Origin: Saccostrea echinata
Taxonomy: Eukaryota
Assembly: GCF_033153115.1 (NCBI RefSeq)
Contig: NW_026889779.1
Span: forward strand, 13,888,001 to 13,952,000
Direction: 5' to 3'
DNA length: 64,000 nt
The position numbers and the translations under genes are program-made. The notes beneath the pieces are model-generated. The model was not told the DNA's origin. It saw only the letters and a program-made list of their open reading frames with translations, and ran no database searches. Below, piece after piece: positions 39,180-52,200 of the stretch (positions are counted from its first letter, which is position 1; each line of letters begins with the position of its first letter).

Positions 39180-40523
39180 TGCTGTACAACAGATAATTGG
39201 CGGGATTTCAAATACTTCAACAAAAAACACCAACAGAGACCCTGTTTGGGATGCCATCAAAGTAACCAATTTACAGATGCTTTAAAAATACATGGGGCCA
39301 TCAGATATATGTTTCTAACAACAGTTTAACGATCTTAATTGTTCTCTGCTAAACACATGAAAGTCCTGAGAATATTCTGTGTTTGTAGTGGACTAATCAT
39401 ACTGACTTTCAACAATATAGGTGTGTGCTCTACTACTGTCTCTGGATACGTCTTTATTATGATATAATAGACTAAGATTATGATGGCTGTAATTCAAACA
39501 TTGAATAGCTTTTCGACATATAAATATCGGTGGACTTGAAGTTTCACAAATGTTATCATATCCGTCATCATAAGTTGCCGGAACATCTAAGCAACTCCGC
39601 TAAAAGGGACTTATAAATCAATATTTACACATTTCTTTATATAAATTTTGAGGGAAGGGAAGTCAAAAATACAGGTATGCATTTCAGGCTTTACTCCTCC
39701 TTTAAGCTTTAGAGGTGAGTCACTAAATTTCTTTTCAATTTCTTCAAATCTTGCATTCAGTTTGCTAGCATGATTTTAATTTGCACATAAGTATTATGCA
39801 GTCCTTTACCGTAACCTTCTTGTACTAGTCTATTTCCATGCAAAGCTGTATCTCTTTGACATTAAAACATTTACATGAGTATAATTAGTACTGACCCGTG
39901 TACATGTATACAAGTACAAAAATTGTGAACATATCCCAGTGAGGGTTTATATCTCTTTAGATTGGTTTTCATATGACAGATAAAATGCTTGCATAAACAA
40001 AGTACGGGTTAATGTAAAATTCATGTCCCCTGATTCAAAATTTCATGCTCTAGGTAAGAGTTAATTTTGACAAAAAAACTTTTAGAAGAATGGTAGAAAA
40101 ACCTTTGAAACTGTTTAAATGATTATTATGTTGAGCCTCCTGTCCGCTGTCGGGTTTTGAACACTCAAGTATGAGTGCAATTCCATAATGGAAGAAGTAA
40201 GAAGAAGATTAAATACCCAGAAAGGGACCATTTTGAAAAGGGTGGGGTAATTTTGAAAATGAATCGATCTTCAGTTATCTTCAACATAACCCCTTGAACT
40301 TTCACAAAGCCCTAACAATAATTACTATAGAAAATTATAGTTAACTATAATAAATCAAAGTTTCAAATTTATCACTATAGTAAAGTTAAAGATTAATCAC
40401 AACTGTTTAAAATGTTCTGTGATAGAAGTCTCAATTAATTTCACATTAAGTGCACAACATAGATGATATCTACTTGTACAGATTTTCTCTTTTTACCAAA
40501 AATCTTTTGATGTCTTATATTTC

Positions 40524-41168
40524 GATGAAATATATGGAGATAACGAACAGTATTCAAGCTCAAAGTCCATTGAAAAAATACAAATCGGGAGCAGATCAAT
40601 CATCAAACACAGACCTCCAAAAACATCAAAGGTGGGATCAGGTGCCATGGAGGAGTGAGCATCCCCTGCCGACCGGTCATACCCGCCGTGTGCTCCTTGT
40701 CATATCAGGAAATAACGGAAAAATCCGTCGACAATTCATAAATATAAATAATGGCCTAACAATAAGTATGAAAAACGATAGTCAGCATATGACTTAATGA
40801 TAGATTGTATTTGCTGACAAGGTCATTGTATCAACCATAGAACTTACGAAATGATAACTTTAAACGAGACTGTTGAAATTCTAGTTTCATCAGCTTGTTT
40901 GTCAATAAGTTACCTCGTTTTAGAAATTGTTCATATTACGTACAGCATGCTCTTGCGTATCGAATCAACTTAAGAGACATATACCCCAAATGCAGGTGAT
41001 AGGGGTATATTGCTGCATAAGTAAGGGAATTTGACAATTGAAAAGTTAAAGTAATCACGTTTATCATAAAGCTTTGTTGTTAGATTACCATTAAAGTCTT
41101 TTTCTAGTAAAATATCCAAATATGAAACAGTTGTGTCAGACTCTGTGGTATCTTTTATTTCAAGCTCG
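40524..41168 (-). mobile_element. Penelope-like element 3' fragment
   Basis: ELEIKDTTESDTTVSYLDILL...LYDKRDYFNFSIV plus the shared 3' tail. Confidence 0.9.
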
Positions 41169-42363
41169 CTGAGAAATAATTCCATGCATAATTCCAAAAA
41201 GGAGCCAAAAAACCTGAAAATTCTGATTCCTAAATTGATCTTCCATGTGTTCTTTTTTTTTTTTATTGGAAATTGCATGTGATTTGAAGTTGATAAATGA
41301 CGTACGTAATTGAAAGATTTGATTTGACAATACACGCCATTTGAATTCTAACATTTTGATGTTATCTTTAGAAGACATTGAATGCTGAGATAAACCGGAT
41401 CCACAGCTATCATAATCATTTTTTTAATTTAAACAATATTTATTCAGTACATTGAATAGATTGGACAATAGGCATGCAATGCCTATAAATACATGTACCC
41501 TCTCCATACAAGAAGTCAAGGTGTGCGTATACAATGAACTGAATGATCTTTTGTATTAGGCATATTATGTATAACTGTTACTTATATTTAGAATTTTATT
41601 TAATTTTATAAAATTTTTAATCCATATTTAAAATACCTCGCATTATCGAGCTAGATATTACGAAATGATGAAACTGTTTCAAGTTTCTAAACTCAGTTAT
41701 AATCTAAACTCAGTTTAAGTAGGGGTGCATTCTGCAATTTAATCTTATCTAGAACCCAAGAAAAGACGCCCTAGATATGATAATTTTAAAAATAAAGCAC
41801 ACATTTAGCTAATACAAATGTCGCAAAAAGAATTTGAATGCTACAAACGTTAACTATGGGACTCTGAACATGTTCAAAAATCCCATTTTTTAAACTTTAG
41901 GGCTTTTTGCCATGGAAACCATGGCACATACCAACCAATATTCGCCTGATTTGAGTTTATGGTATCAAAGACTTTCATCAGAGAGAGCTTGGAGAAATTC
42001 TGAGACTACACGTGCTACAACCCCTATATAAAAGTTCAAGCCATTACAGAGAATGGCTCTTAAGTTAAAGCATACATTTAGTTAACATGTCAGAAAATTA
42101 AAGCTTAAAAACTTCTGCACAAATTCATATATTTTAAGATGCAAACCACTAAATTTATAATTAGTCAACACCCCCCCCCCCCTCCAACAGAGTGTTGTAC
42201 TGTACCTGTTTTATGAAATACATTTTACAATACAATGATTTAGGTAATTCCGATGTAAATAATCACGAAAAAGAAATTAATAACATTACATATAATTACT
42301 CATTCGGCGTTTGTAACCCGCGTCATAGAGTAGTGAAAAACACACAAGTTTGTATTTCCCAAA

Positions 42364-43827
42364 TTATCTCAAAAAGAGGAGTCCTAATGGCAAAAACAGA
42401 TATAAGTTGTATTTAGGAATACTAGAAATATTTCCTCCATTTTGGGTGGAAGACGTCACAGCTGATGCCCGTGTACTGTTGACAGATGACGATACACCAC
42501 TTGATGTTGTTATTTGGCTGGAACTTGCATTACTGGAATGGTTTTTTGTGGTAGTACCTTAATGGGAGAATAAACTATTGAGGCCATGTGATATTTAGAA
42601 GTTTTCTTTATACTCCGTATTTGTAAATTTAAGAACCATGTTAAACATTTAATTTGCTGCAACTTTATTTTCGCTCCACAGAAGTGCTGTTAAACTTCGA
42701 GGATTGTGAGAATTATCTTTGAAAAATAAAAGAGTTTTAAGTATAAAGAAGACAACGAATTAAAATTGGAGCGAAAAGTTGTCTTTAAAATGAAAAAAAA
42801 AATGAAATGTTTACACTAGTGTACAATACCTGAAATAGACGTTGTTGTAGTTGAAGACGCTGGTGAAAAAAAAAGATAAAAAGGTTTATTACGAATTCAG
42901 TAGGCATATATTTTTTGTTTTGTTTTGTTTTTCATCTTTCCATAGGTGATGGAGGAAATGTACTGCAGCCTCAACAGCTGTAGGTTTCTGACGATGTACT
43001 CTTAAGTTAGCAACAATTAGGAAATTTTTTATATCATCTCTACAAACTTGATAGCTTTCTGAACAGTATTTTTAAAAGTACCTGCTTCTGTGGCATTCGG
43101 CAATTTAGTTGTAGATGTTGTAGTTCCACCTAAAATAATACCCATAATCTCAATAATTTTATGACCAGTTCAATCTTTAGGGAAAATCAAAAAGATAAAG
43201 CTCTTAGATAGTTTAACCATAGTTTTGACAGTTTATGTTTTTTTAATAAACACATACTACCTGATGTGGTATTTGGGGTCGTTGCTGTTGAAGCTATTAT
43301 GAAAAAAAAATATATAACTTGTACAAATGTTACCTTTAATTCAAATCAAAATTACGTCTAAAGATCAGCACAAGTTTGATAAAACTTTTATAGTAGAATT
43401 TAGACCGAAAAAATGCATAATCTTATTCACTAGTTCTAATAGTATTTCTTTTCGTAAAATGGATTTTCAAATGTTATTTTTCCCACTTTTTACACTTTAC
43501 TTCAAAAAGTTATAGCATGCAGAATATAACCTTCTCTTTTTGATTGATAAGACATAAAGAAAAGTAAAAAAAAAAAAAAAAAAAAGATCTTTTACCAAGA
43601 AATGCTCAGAAGCATCTTGTCACAGAGACTGTCATAGGTGGTTCACCTAATGATTGCAAGTAATAATACTTTTTTTTACGTATTTCTGTTGGATACAAAT
43701 AAACCATCTTAGCTAAAAACCCAATAAAAATAAGGATATTTTTCTTACAACTCCTTACGCCTGGTCTGTCACTAATAAGTAGGATAGAAAGAATGACCAA
43801 AACCAAGATTTTAGCAATGCAGTCCAT
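42364..43827 (-). CDS. Small Ser/Thr-rich, probably GPI-anchored mucin-like protein (127 aa)
   Basis: Exons 43827-43749, 43293-43261, 43129-43082, 42859-42830 and 42557-42364, all joined in phase 1: MDCIAKILVLVILSILLISDRPGVRS-SSTATTPNTTSGGTTTSTTKLPNATEAASSTTTTSISGTTTKNHSSNAS...STQNGGNISSIPKYNLYLFLPLGLLFLR*. TATATAA lies about 50 nt upstream. Confidence 0.8.
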
Positions 43828-46206
43828 ATTTCTTCTCTTCTTTATTCAAGTTTCCCTATACCAAAATATTTCATATTATATAGTGCCCATATTACATGTC
43901 ATTTTTATTTTAAAATGTTGATTCGAGTGTTTTAAGCAGACAAGAATCCTTTAGTTAATATATATTTTCATATTTTATACAAAACTTACTTTTTAAGATC
44001 TTTTATAAATACAGTAACTATTGGTACTATTTCTTACCTATAGATTAGTACGCGGAAGACCTTGCTCTCTCCCTCTGAATCCTTTGTTAATTTTTATCTG
44101 AACGTTCGATATGCGCAGACGTCATGAAAAGATTAAGATAAAAAAATGGTTGTTATAGGGATGTCATATAAACGTCGATAAAAGAAATAAAACCGGACCA
44201 AGGTTGTGTTTATTTTGGTACCGTTTGTTTTATTAATTACGAGTTGTCATCCGTTTTATCCTGTACTGCTGCATTATTGGTTAAAAAAGTTTGTCCCTGA
44301 GTTGCTGTTAGCAAAATAAAAGAGGCGCTTACAAGTGTCAAAGGGGATAAAATGGGTGGTAACACTTTTGGAATCTGTCATCCCCCCTGCGTTTGGATAG
44401 AAAAGAAACAAGTCTGGACCTCGACAAAAGAAATGCCTGGGATGTTTCATCCCCAATGGTTGTCTTTCTGGATTAAATGGGGAAAAAATATCTGACTACT
44501 GACTGTGTTGTCAGGATCTGTAGAATTCTAAAGAACTAGTCGTAAAAAGTAAGCCCTACTTGAATGCAGTTGAATAATTATAAAGGTTTATTTGATTTGT
44601 GCTGAATCAAAAAGTAATATTTTATGCAATTTCGAAAAAAAATAGCTATTGCCTCGTCCTTGTTATCGCTCTTCCAGTTGCAATTAACAACAGTTTACAT
44701 GTATATTCAACTACAGATGTGACAGTTACTTTTCATTACTTATTTTTGAGAAGATAAAATATAACTTATTTAAAATCAATTTTGGAAAAGACTGGAATTT
44801 AATCTCTGAGCTCTAATCTTGCCTCCGCAAGTTTTCAACAAGGACCATACATATACTTAGGTAAAACGATGGTGACATATAAAATATTTAACCGTATTAG
44901 TTACCTATATCACAGTAATTATACGAATAACCTCTTTGGTAGGGATACAGGTCTCTTTTCTCGTCTTCTCATTTACAAAACACAAACAAACAAACAAACA
45001 AACAGATGGAAGACAAAAGAAAATTTATACTTCGATATTGTATGATTACACAATGATTTAATGTCCAAGGAAATTAAGTTTGTGTTATGTTATCCAAAAA
45101 AAGTATCAAATTTTTAATCCTTTCCAAATGAGCCATAGATTCCTGAAAATCCTATTTGCAGGATAAAGTGCGCAGTGGGTATAAAGCTGAGGTGAGTGTT
45201 TTAATAAATGACTGAGGAGGATTATCAAATAATGAATATTAACTCTTTGCTTTTTTTAAGCAAACACAAAACTAAATTAATAACCAATTCTAAATTATTT
45301 TGACACATCAATCGATATTTTTACACGGTGTTCTTTTCATGTTACACTCAAAGATAACGAAGAATCTTCGTGTAAACCATCACCTTTGATATTTAAATCA
45401 TCCATTATGCACATCACTATTCCCCCCATAGTGGGAGGGTAAACGTTAATATAAAGAGGGTTAGCGAAGATAACCTCCATTATCAGTATTATTTTTTTAG
45501 TTGATATTTTTGTTTTCTGGTGTTAATGTGAATGCTTTTTGTAACATTAGAGTTTCTCTATCATCTCAACCCCATCAATAATACATGCTATATTGTATTT
45601 TTTCCATAGATTTTTTTAATGGATCCAATGTTATATGGAATCATTAATTTTTAATATATCGGCAGCATTGTTGTCAAAACAAAGAAGAACATACATGTAT
45701 ACACATTTACTTTTGCATAAATATTTTATTGACCATATATTATACTATAGAGCAATGATAGAATAAATCGGATGATTAAAAAAAAAAAAACAAAATTAAG
45801 GTAAATTGTGGTCTAACTTTTAAATTCTCTCATGCAATAATGGTGTGAGACAACGACTACTGGACTGAAGAGTGCAAGGTAAGATAACGCATATATAACG
45901 AAAGATACAAAATTTCTTGAAATTACATATATATTTAGTTTCTTAGAGACACGAGCAATTATTTAAAAATATAAGCGAGAATGACAGTATTCATAGATTT
46001 GTCATCGTCATAAAGTATAAAATGCGAATTGTCGAATAAAATCTTCTCATAGCCACTAACAGAGCAATTAGCTTGGGTCTGGAATAAAATCATGCCATCG
46101 CATTCAAGGACTATTCAAGATATTCCCACCTAATAACAAGGAAATTTTAAAAAAAAAACACACTCTTAAATCATAGAAGAATATTTTTTATTTTCAGTGG
46201 GGATTA

Positions 46207-49200
46207 TTACGTACAACCACACCATCCATCCCCCGCCCCTGCGGTCCAGAATCCGTCGACCTTGTTGTTAGCGTTGCTACATTCGTACGGATTTATTGGG
46301 TCCACCGCAATCCGCTTCTCAGCTCTTACTTCTTGTTGTAAGTCTGCTAGGATATTTTGAATTTCGGAGGATGAGTCACCGTACAGGTTGACATCTTCGG
46401 TGACATCGTCTAATTAAAAAAAATATAATTATACTGGTTTAAATTCTGACTTAAATCTGACTTCACATAAAGTACACAGGAGTATTTTCGGTAGTTTGTT
46501 ATAAAATACTCCTTGTTCCTATTGTTAGAGAGTTACATATATACTGTGGAATCATCATTGTTTATGGGGTAAAAATGTTCGTGGATTTCGTGGGTCACCC
46601 ATTCTCACGAATTAACATCCCCACGAACAAAAACTTTCCTATTGCACCAGTTCACTGAATTTCCCTTATACTGACAAATCACTAATTTTCGTGGAGTTTG
46701 TTTTCTTTGTTTTCGAGGTATGAAGAGACCCACGAATTCAAGTCCACCACGAAATGCAAAATTTCATATACATAACTACTCAACTCTTCGTCAACTACGT
46801 AATCAAATCCCCCCGAACCAACATCTTTTCTTCAAACCTCAAATATTTGACCCAACGAAAATATGTGATTTCACAGTATTCGAGTAAGCCACGATCGAAA
46901 TTAAGTTCCCGCGAACCGTAAAATTTTCTTGATCCCCAAGAATTAAAAATGACCCCACAGTAATAGAAGAACATTGCTTCATGGACTGAATATAAGAAAA
47001 GGGTCGCCGTATATACAAAAAATGTTTTTTTTTAATTTTGAGTGAGAAAGAAGTACACATTAGACATATACATATTCCCGTAATGTATATACCAGATATT
47101 TTAAACAGGTATCTGTCCGTGATCGCCCGATTTGTTCTTTTGGGCAATTTCCGCCTCAGTGAGTCCATTAGCCGCTGTAGAAAATTCCTCTTTTTGCTGA
47201 CTTTTGTCGCAGTGTAGACCATATCTCTTGTTCCAATGTCTCCTTGAACGTATTTCCAAACGTCTGTGCCATATTGTTTACTACAATGATGACAAACAGA
47301 TATTATAAAACTATATAACGTCCTTGTCATTTGAATAAGAAAACAACGTTAATAAAAAGAATTGCCCTAATTTCTGTATTTTGTAAATATCCCTAACTTA
47401 GTCTAGAGTCGCGGAGTTAGGGGTTGATTCTTATGTCGCGGGTTCGAATTCCACTGCGGGACGTGGAGACTAGTCCTTCGAATGAAACCGTATAAACTGT
47501 TTCGCAGTAGATGCCAGCACAAAAAGATGCGTCACTGTTCAATGGCTATATAACATCTCTAAATTTACAGCCTTCCACCGGTAACTGGTGGTTGTCCAAC
47601 ATGAGTGAAAATATTCTCGACGGGACGCAAGGCAAACAATCAACAGGAAAACTGACATTTATGCCAGGAAGAAAACATGCCAGTTAGAGAGTTAACAAAA
47701 GTCTACATACATGATACCAAAGATTGCTGATCTAGTTTTCAGGTCGTCGATGTTGATAATAATTTTAGACCTTGCTGATACTCCATTGTTAAGTAACATC
47801 TGAGTCTGATCCACACCATCAATATCCACTAAATCACTGTCTGACGCCAAATCTGGTGAAAACATGAACAATGACTACAAATCACATAGAACGAGATGTT
47901 GAGAAAAAATGGATTCCCCTTTGCTTCTTTATTCATACTCCTTGCATATACTCCTGGCCATCACTATAATGGTTTTAAAGACGTGTCTTTAATTAAATCA
48001 ATAAAACAATGTTATGCTATTGATAACGTTTTGGTTGCTGCTGTTGAGTGGAGACGCCAACGTGACACCAGGCACAAGGAGGATAGGGAACAGCTTAATT
48101 GATAATATTTTAATCAGTTGTGGAATATTTATTTCCTTAGAAATGTTTCATTACTATAAATACCAAATATTATTCCCAGTTACTGTAGTAATTTTGAATT
48201 CTCCACACAAAATATCCAGATTATTGTCCAGTGACCTTGAACTTCAAAATATGACCTTCAGTCAAAATGACACATCTTTAGGCTATGGAGAAAACTTGCC
48301 AAGGTTTTAATCCAATTTAAGGTCTAGACACAATTTAGTGTCAGACATACAACCAAGTCATCACCAATATGTCTTCTCTCAGTGAGGAAGGCAGATCTAC
48401 ATACATGTGTATATAGTGTTGGATATTGGATAAGAATCTGATAGTTTAATAAATTAAAAGTCTGTTGAAGTGTCGGATCTTTTTTTTCTTTTTTACCATT
48501 TTTGGAAAGTACCAACCTGCGCTTCCTCCAGCCAGACTGATGAAGGTAGGTAACCAATCGCTTGCGTGAAGCATTCTGAAAGAGCATATATTGTAACAAT
48601 TGATTAGTATCATAAAAAAAAGTGATTTGAATAAACTATATATAACAGATCGGTCAAACTCATTCTTTACCTTGAATTCAATATTAGTTTCCAGCGATAA
48701 CTTAAATGTGAATAGGGAGAATATTAGCCACGTTAATGTCTTACTCTTGGTTTCTGAAGCACAGGTACTTGTTTCTGTAATAATTTTTTTTAACCCATAG
48801 TACAATAATAACACAAGGTATCCAACTCCGAATTACACGGAGTACCCCCTCCCTCAGAATCGCACTCATTTACTGGCAAAGATTTTGATTGGCTAAAGAT
48901 CTGTTTCTAAAATTACATCAGAAAAATTTTGTAGTGTTTTTATGGAAAATGAGAGGTAAACAAATTTTATCTATTCATTGGGATTGAATCTTCAAACCCA
49001 CTGATTTTTTTTAATTTTGCTCTCTGCCCGGGAATAGCACATACCATTTCATGGTTGAATTCGACTTTTCCACTCGACGAGCAGAGTTTTGACGTTGTTT
49101 ACGGAGATAAAAGAAAATAAAGACAAGCATGCCATATACGGTTGTGTAGATAAATTATCGTAGAAGACATAGACATGAACAGTTTGCCAGTGCATGTTCT

Positions 49201-52200
49201 CTGAAATTGTAAATGAGTGCGATTCTGAGGGAGGGGGTACTCCGTGTAATTCGGAGTTGGATACCTTGTGTTATTATTGTACTATGGGTTAAAAATTTTT
49301 TTTACAGAAACAAGTACCTGTGTTCTGAAGCCGGAGTTGGATACCTTGTGTTATTATTGTACTATGGGTTAAAAAAATTATTACAGAAACAAGTACCTGT
49401 GTTCTGAAGCCGGAGAGAATATAAGCCAAGGTTATAACTTACTCTTGGTTTCTGTAGCCGGACACGGTAAGTAAGTTTTTGCTATACACAAATCCCGGAA
49501 CACGAATTCCACCCTCGAAGTAGGTGCCCTTGGTCCCCTTGTAGGGGTTATTGAATCCTCCTTCTTTAGGCAGTCCGCCATTCTGAACATAAAAATTAAC
49601 AACCCATTTTAATTACTGTAAAAATGTACCTCTAGGACATAATGTTTTCTGCAGTTAATATCTTAAGAAATATCAAAAGACCTATTTTAGAATCAATGTA
49701 ACAATTCACATTTAATTATTTATAAAAATTCATAAAAGCATATTTCAAATGCATGATTTAAATGCATTATCTAATCATTATTCTATCGAAAATGGTTAAT
49801 AACTTTCAGCAAGTTATTGCTATCAATGTATAACACAGGCCAGGTGTAAATAAAGAAAATATGTACGTCGGAGGTAAACACGATGATGGCGTTTTCAAGG
49901 AGTCCTAATTTTTCCAGCTCGGTGTGGAGGTCGCCAACAGCCTGGTCTATCGCAGTCACCATAGCTACAAAACATGAATTTACTCTATATTCAATTAACT
50001 TCAAAATGTCCTGCAATAAAAAAAGAAAACTGAATACGTATCAGCCTGGGCAATTTAATTTGTTAAACTTGATTCTCTTGATGTATTTTTTACCCTTTCT
50101 ATATCAAAGACATTTAATTTTTTCTTACATGTATTCACGTAGTTTTTATCTAATTATCAAATAAAAATGCTTTTTAGTTTAAAATTAGTTATTCGGATTA
50201 AAGGTATATTTAATGTAATGCATGATTTGATATTTTCATGCTAATGTTTCTATTAGAAAATAAGACGTTTAAATATTATATTTATTCCATTTCTCATTCA
50301 TGTTGCTTTCTTAACAGCCACAAGCTAAATAAACATGTAAGCCAACCGTAAAATGTAGATCTATCTGTAGTGACCGTCGATCCACCTTCGTCTGTGTACG
50401 TCCAGGTACCAGGGTATTTGTCCTTTAGAGCCTGGGGTGCCTAGAAAGTTTAAATGTGACATTAAAATCTCAGAGAAAGTTCACTTTTCTCCAAGCTTAA
50501 ATAATCCGTGTAGTAAATCACGTGAACACATACCAGAAGAGGAGTATGTGGTGCTTGGAACGCCAGGTACAAGAACAGGGGCTGGGAGCTGTTGTGGTTT
50601 TGCACGATGCTGATGGCTCTTTTTGCGTATTCAAACTATGAAAAAAAAAAACAAAGAACGTAAGATAAAGCTAGTTTTTTTTTTTTTTAGAGCAAAGCTT
50701 CCATGAATTCCTTTCGTTGTTCCATACATTTGTTTTTGCAGGGATAATTCTATTTCTGCACAAAATAGTGAATTCTGGTTCTTTTTAACAGAATACTAAA
50801 TATCAAATTACGATTGCCTTGAAATTTTCATAAGATACACTATCTCAGAATTCTTACTTTATGAAATTTCCTTTCAAAGAAAGTATGAAATTTCATATCG
50901 CCAAAATGTCCATCATGGTATAATGTCCGGATGCAGGACATGACACTGTCTGTCTTAAAAACTTCATATCATTTGGTAACTGTGAATTCTCCTAACATAT
51001 TGAAGGAAAATCTTCCTTCAACCATCGGTTTTGAATGTAAGTACAGAGATGTACATGGAAAGATGAAAAAAGATATTTTTTTAAGACAATGTCAATCAGG
51101 TTTATTTATTTGTCTATTTTTGTACTTGCTTAAATGTTGTCACTGTAATGTGACATCAGTGTACGTCTGAGAAGTCTGTCCAAAAGAAAATTCAAAAGAC
51201 CTTCCTATTAATACTAAATGGTGTCGTTGATTGGATACTCCATCTCAAAGAGAATGAGAATGGTTATTCAATGAATCTAATCATAATCACACTGTTCAGG
51301 GGTATCAACAACAGAAAACGTCAACTATCCCAGAGAGGAAGAGGACTGATATCCAACTACAAAAAGAAACTTCAACTATCCCAGACAGGAAGAGGAGTGA
51401 TTATTAACTATAATAAACTCCAGCTATTGCATAGAGGAAGAGGAAGAGGACTGATATTCAACTACAAAATAACTTCAAATATCCCAGAGAGGAGGAGGAG
51501 GGAGTGATTATCAACTATAATAAACTCCAGCTATCCCATAGAGGAAGAGGACTGATTATTAACTATAGAAAATTTCAATTTAATTATCCCAGGCAGAGAT
51601 TGTCCATTGTTCTATGGGTCTGTTTACCTACCGTTGAATACCCGTCTTCATCCTCTTGAGGATAGTTAGGGTTTTCTGGTGTTGTTGCTGTTAGATTGTC
51701 ATGGAAGTCTTTGTATCCTCCTAAAAAACAGATATACACGTTCAGATACTGCAGATATTGCAAAGACCCAAGACTAATATATATATAATATATATAATAT
51801 ATAATATAACCTGCTGTGTAAGTGTAGTAGTTTTCTCCGCCGCCATAATACCCATAGAAAGAGTTAAACCCTCGAAAGGTTGGTGTCACCGCTTCCTTAC
51901 AAAATCCTAGGTGCCATCTAAAAAAAATGTTAAATATATAAATCTTATTTAGCAGAGTTTATAGTTTGTAGAAGCATTTCCTTGTTTACAAAACATATCA
52001 GTACGAATATCAGAAATATAACGCAAAGGTTCTATAAGTACTCATTTTTTCATGGAGAACAAAGGACAAAATAGTGTGAATTACTTACCGGTAAATCAAA
52101 ACATGTTCATGTTCATGCAATAATCAGATATTTTTCGTAAATGTATTATTGTGACTTAGTACATGTAGTTTGCCTTGAATGTAAATTTTATTATATGCTT

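Noticed and set aside
44230-44520. Relatively GC-balanced stretch with short ORFs on both strands
   Set aside because: No convincing splice sites or recognisable motifs; may be regulatory or old TE sequence
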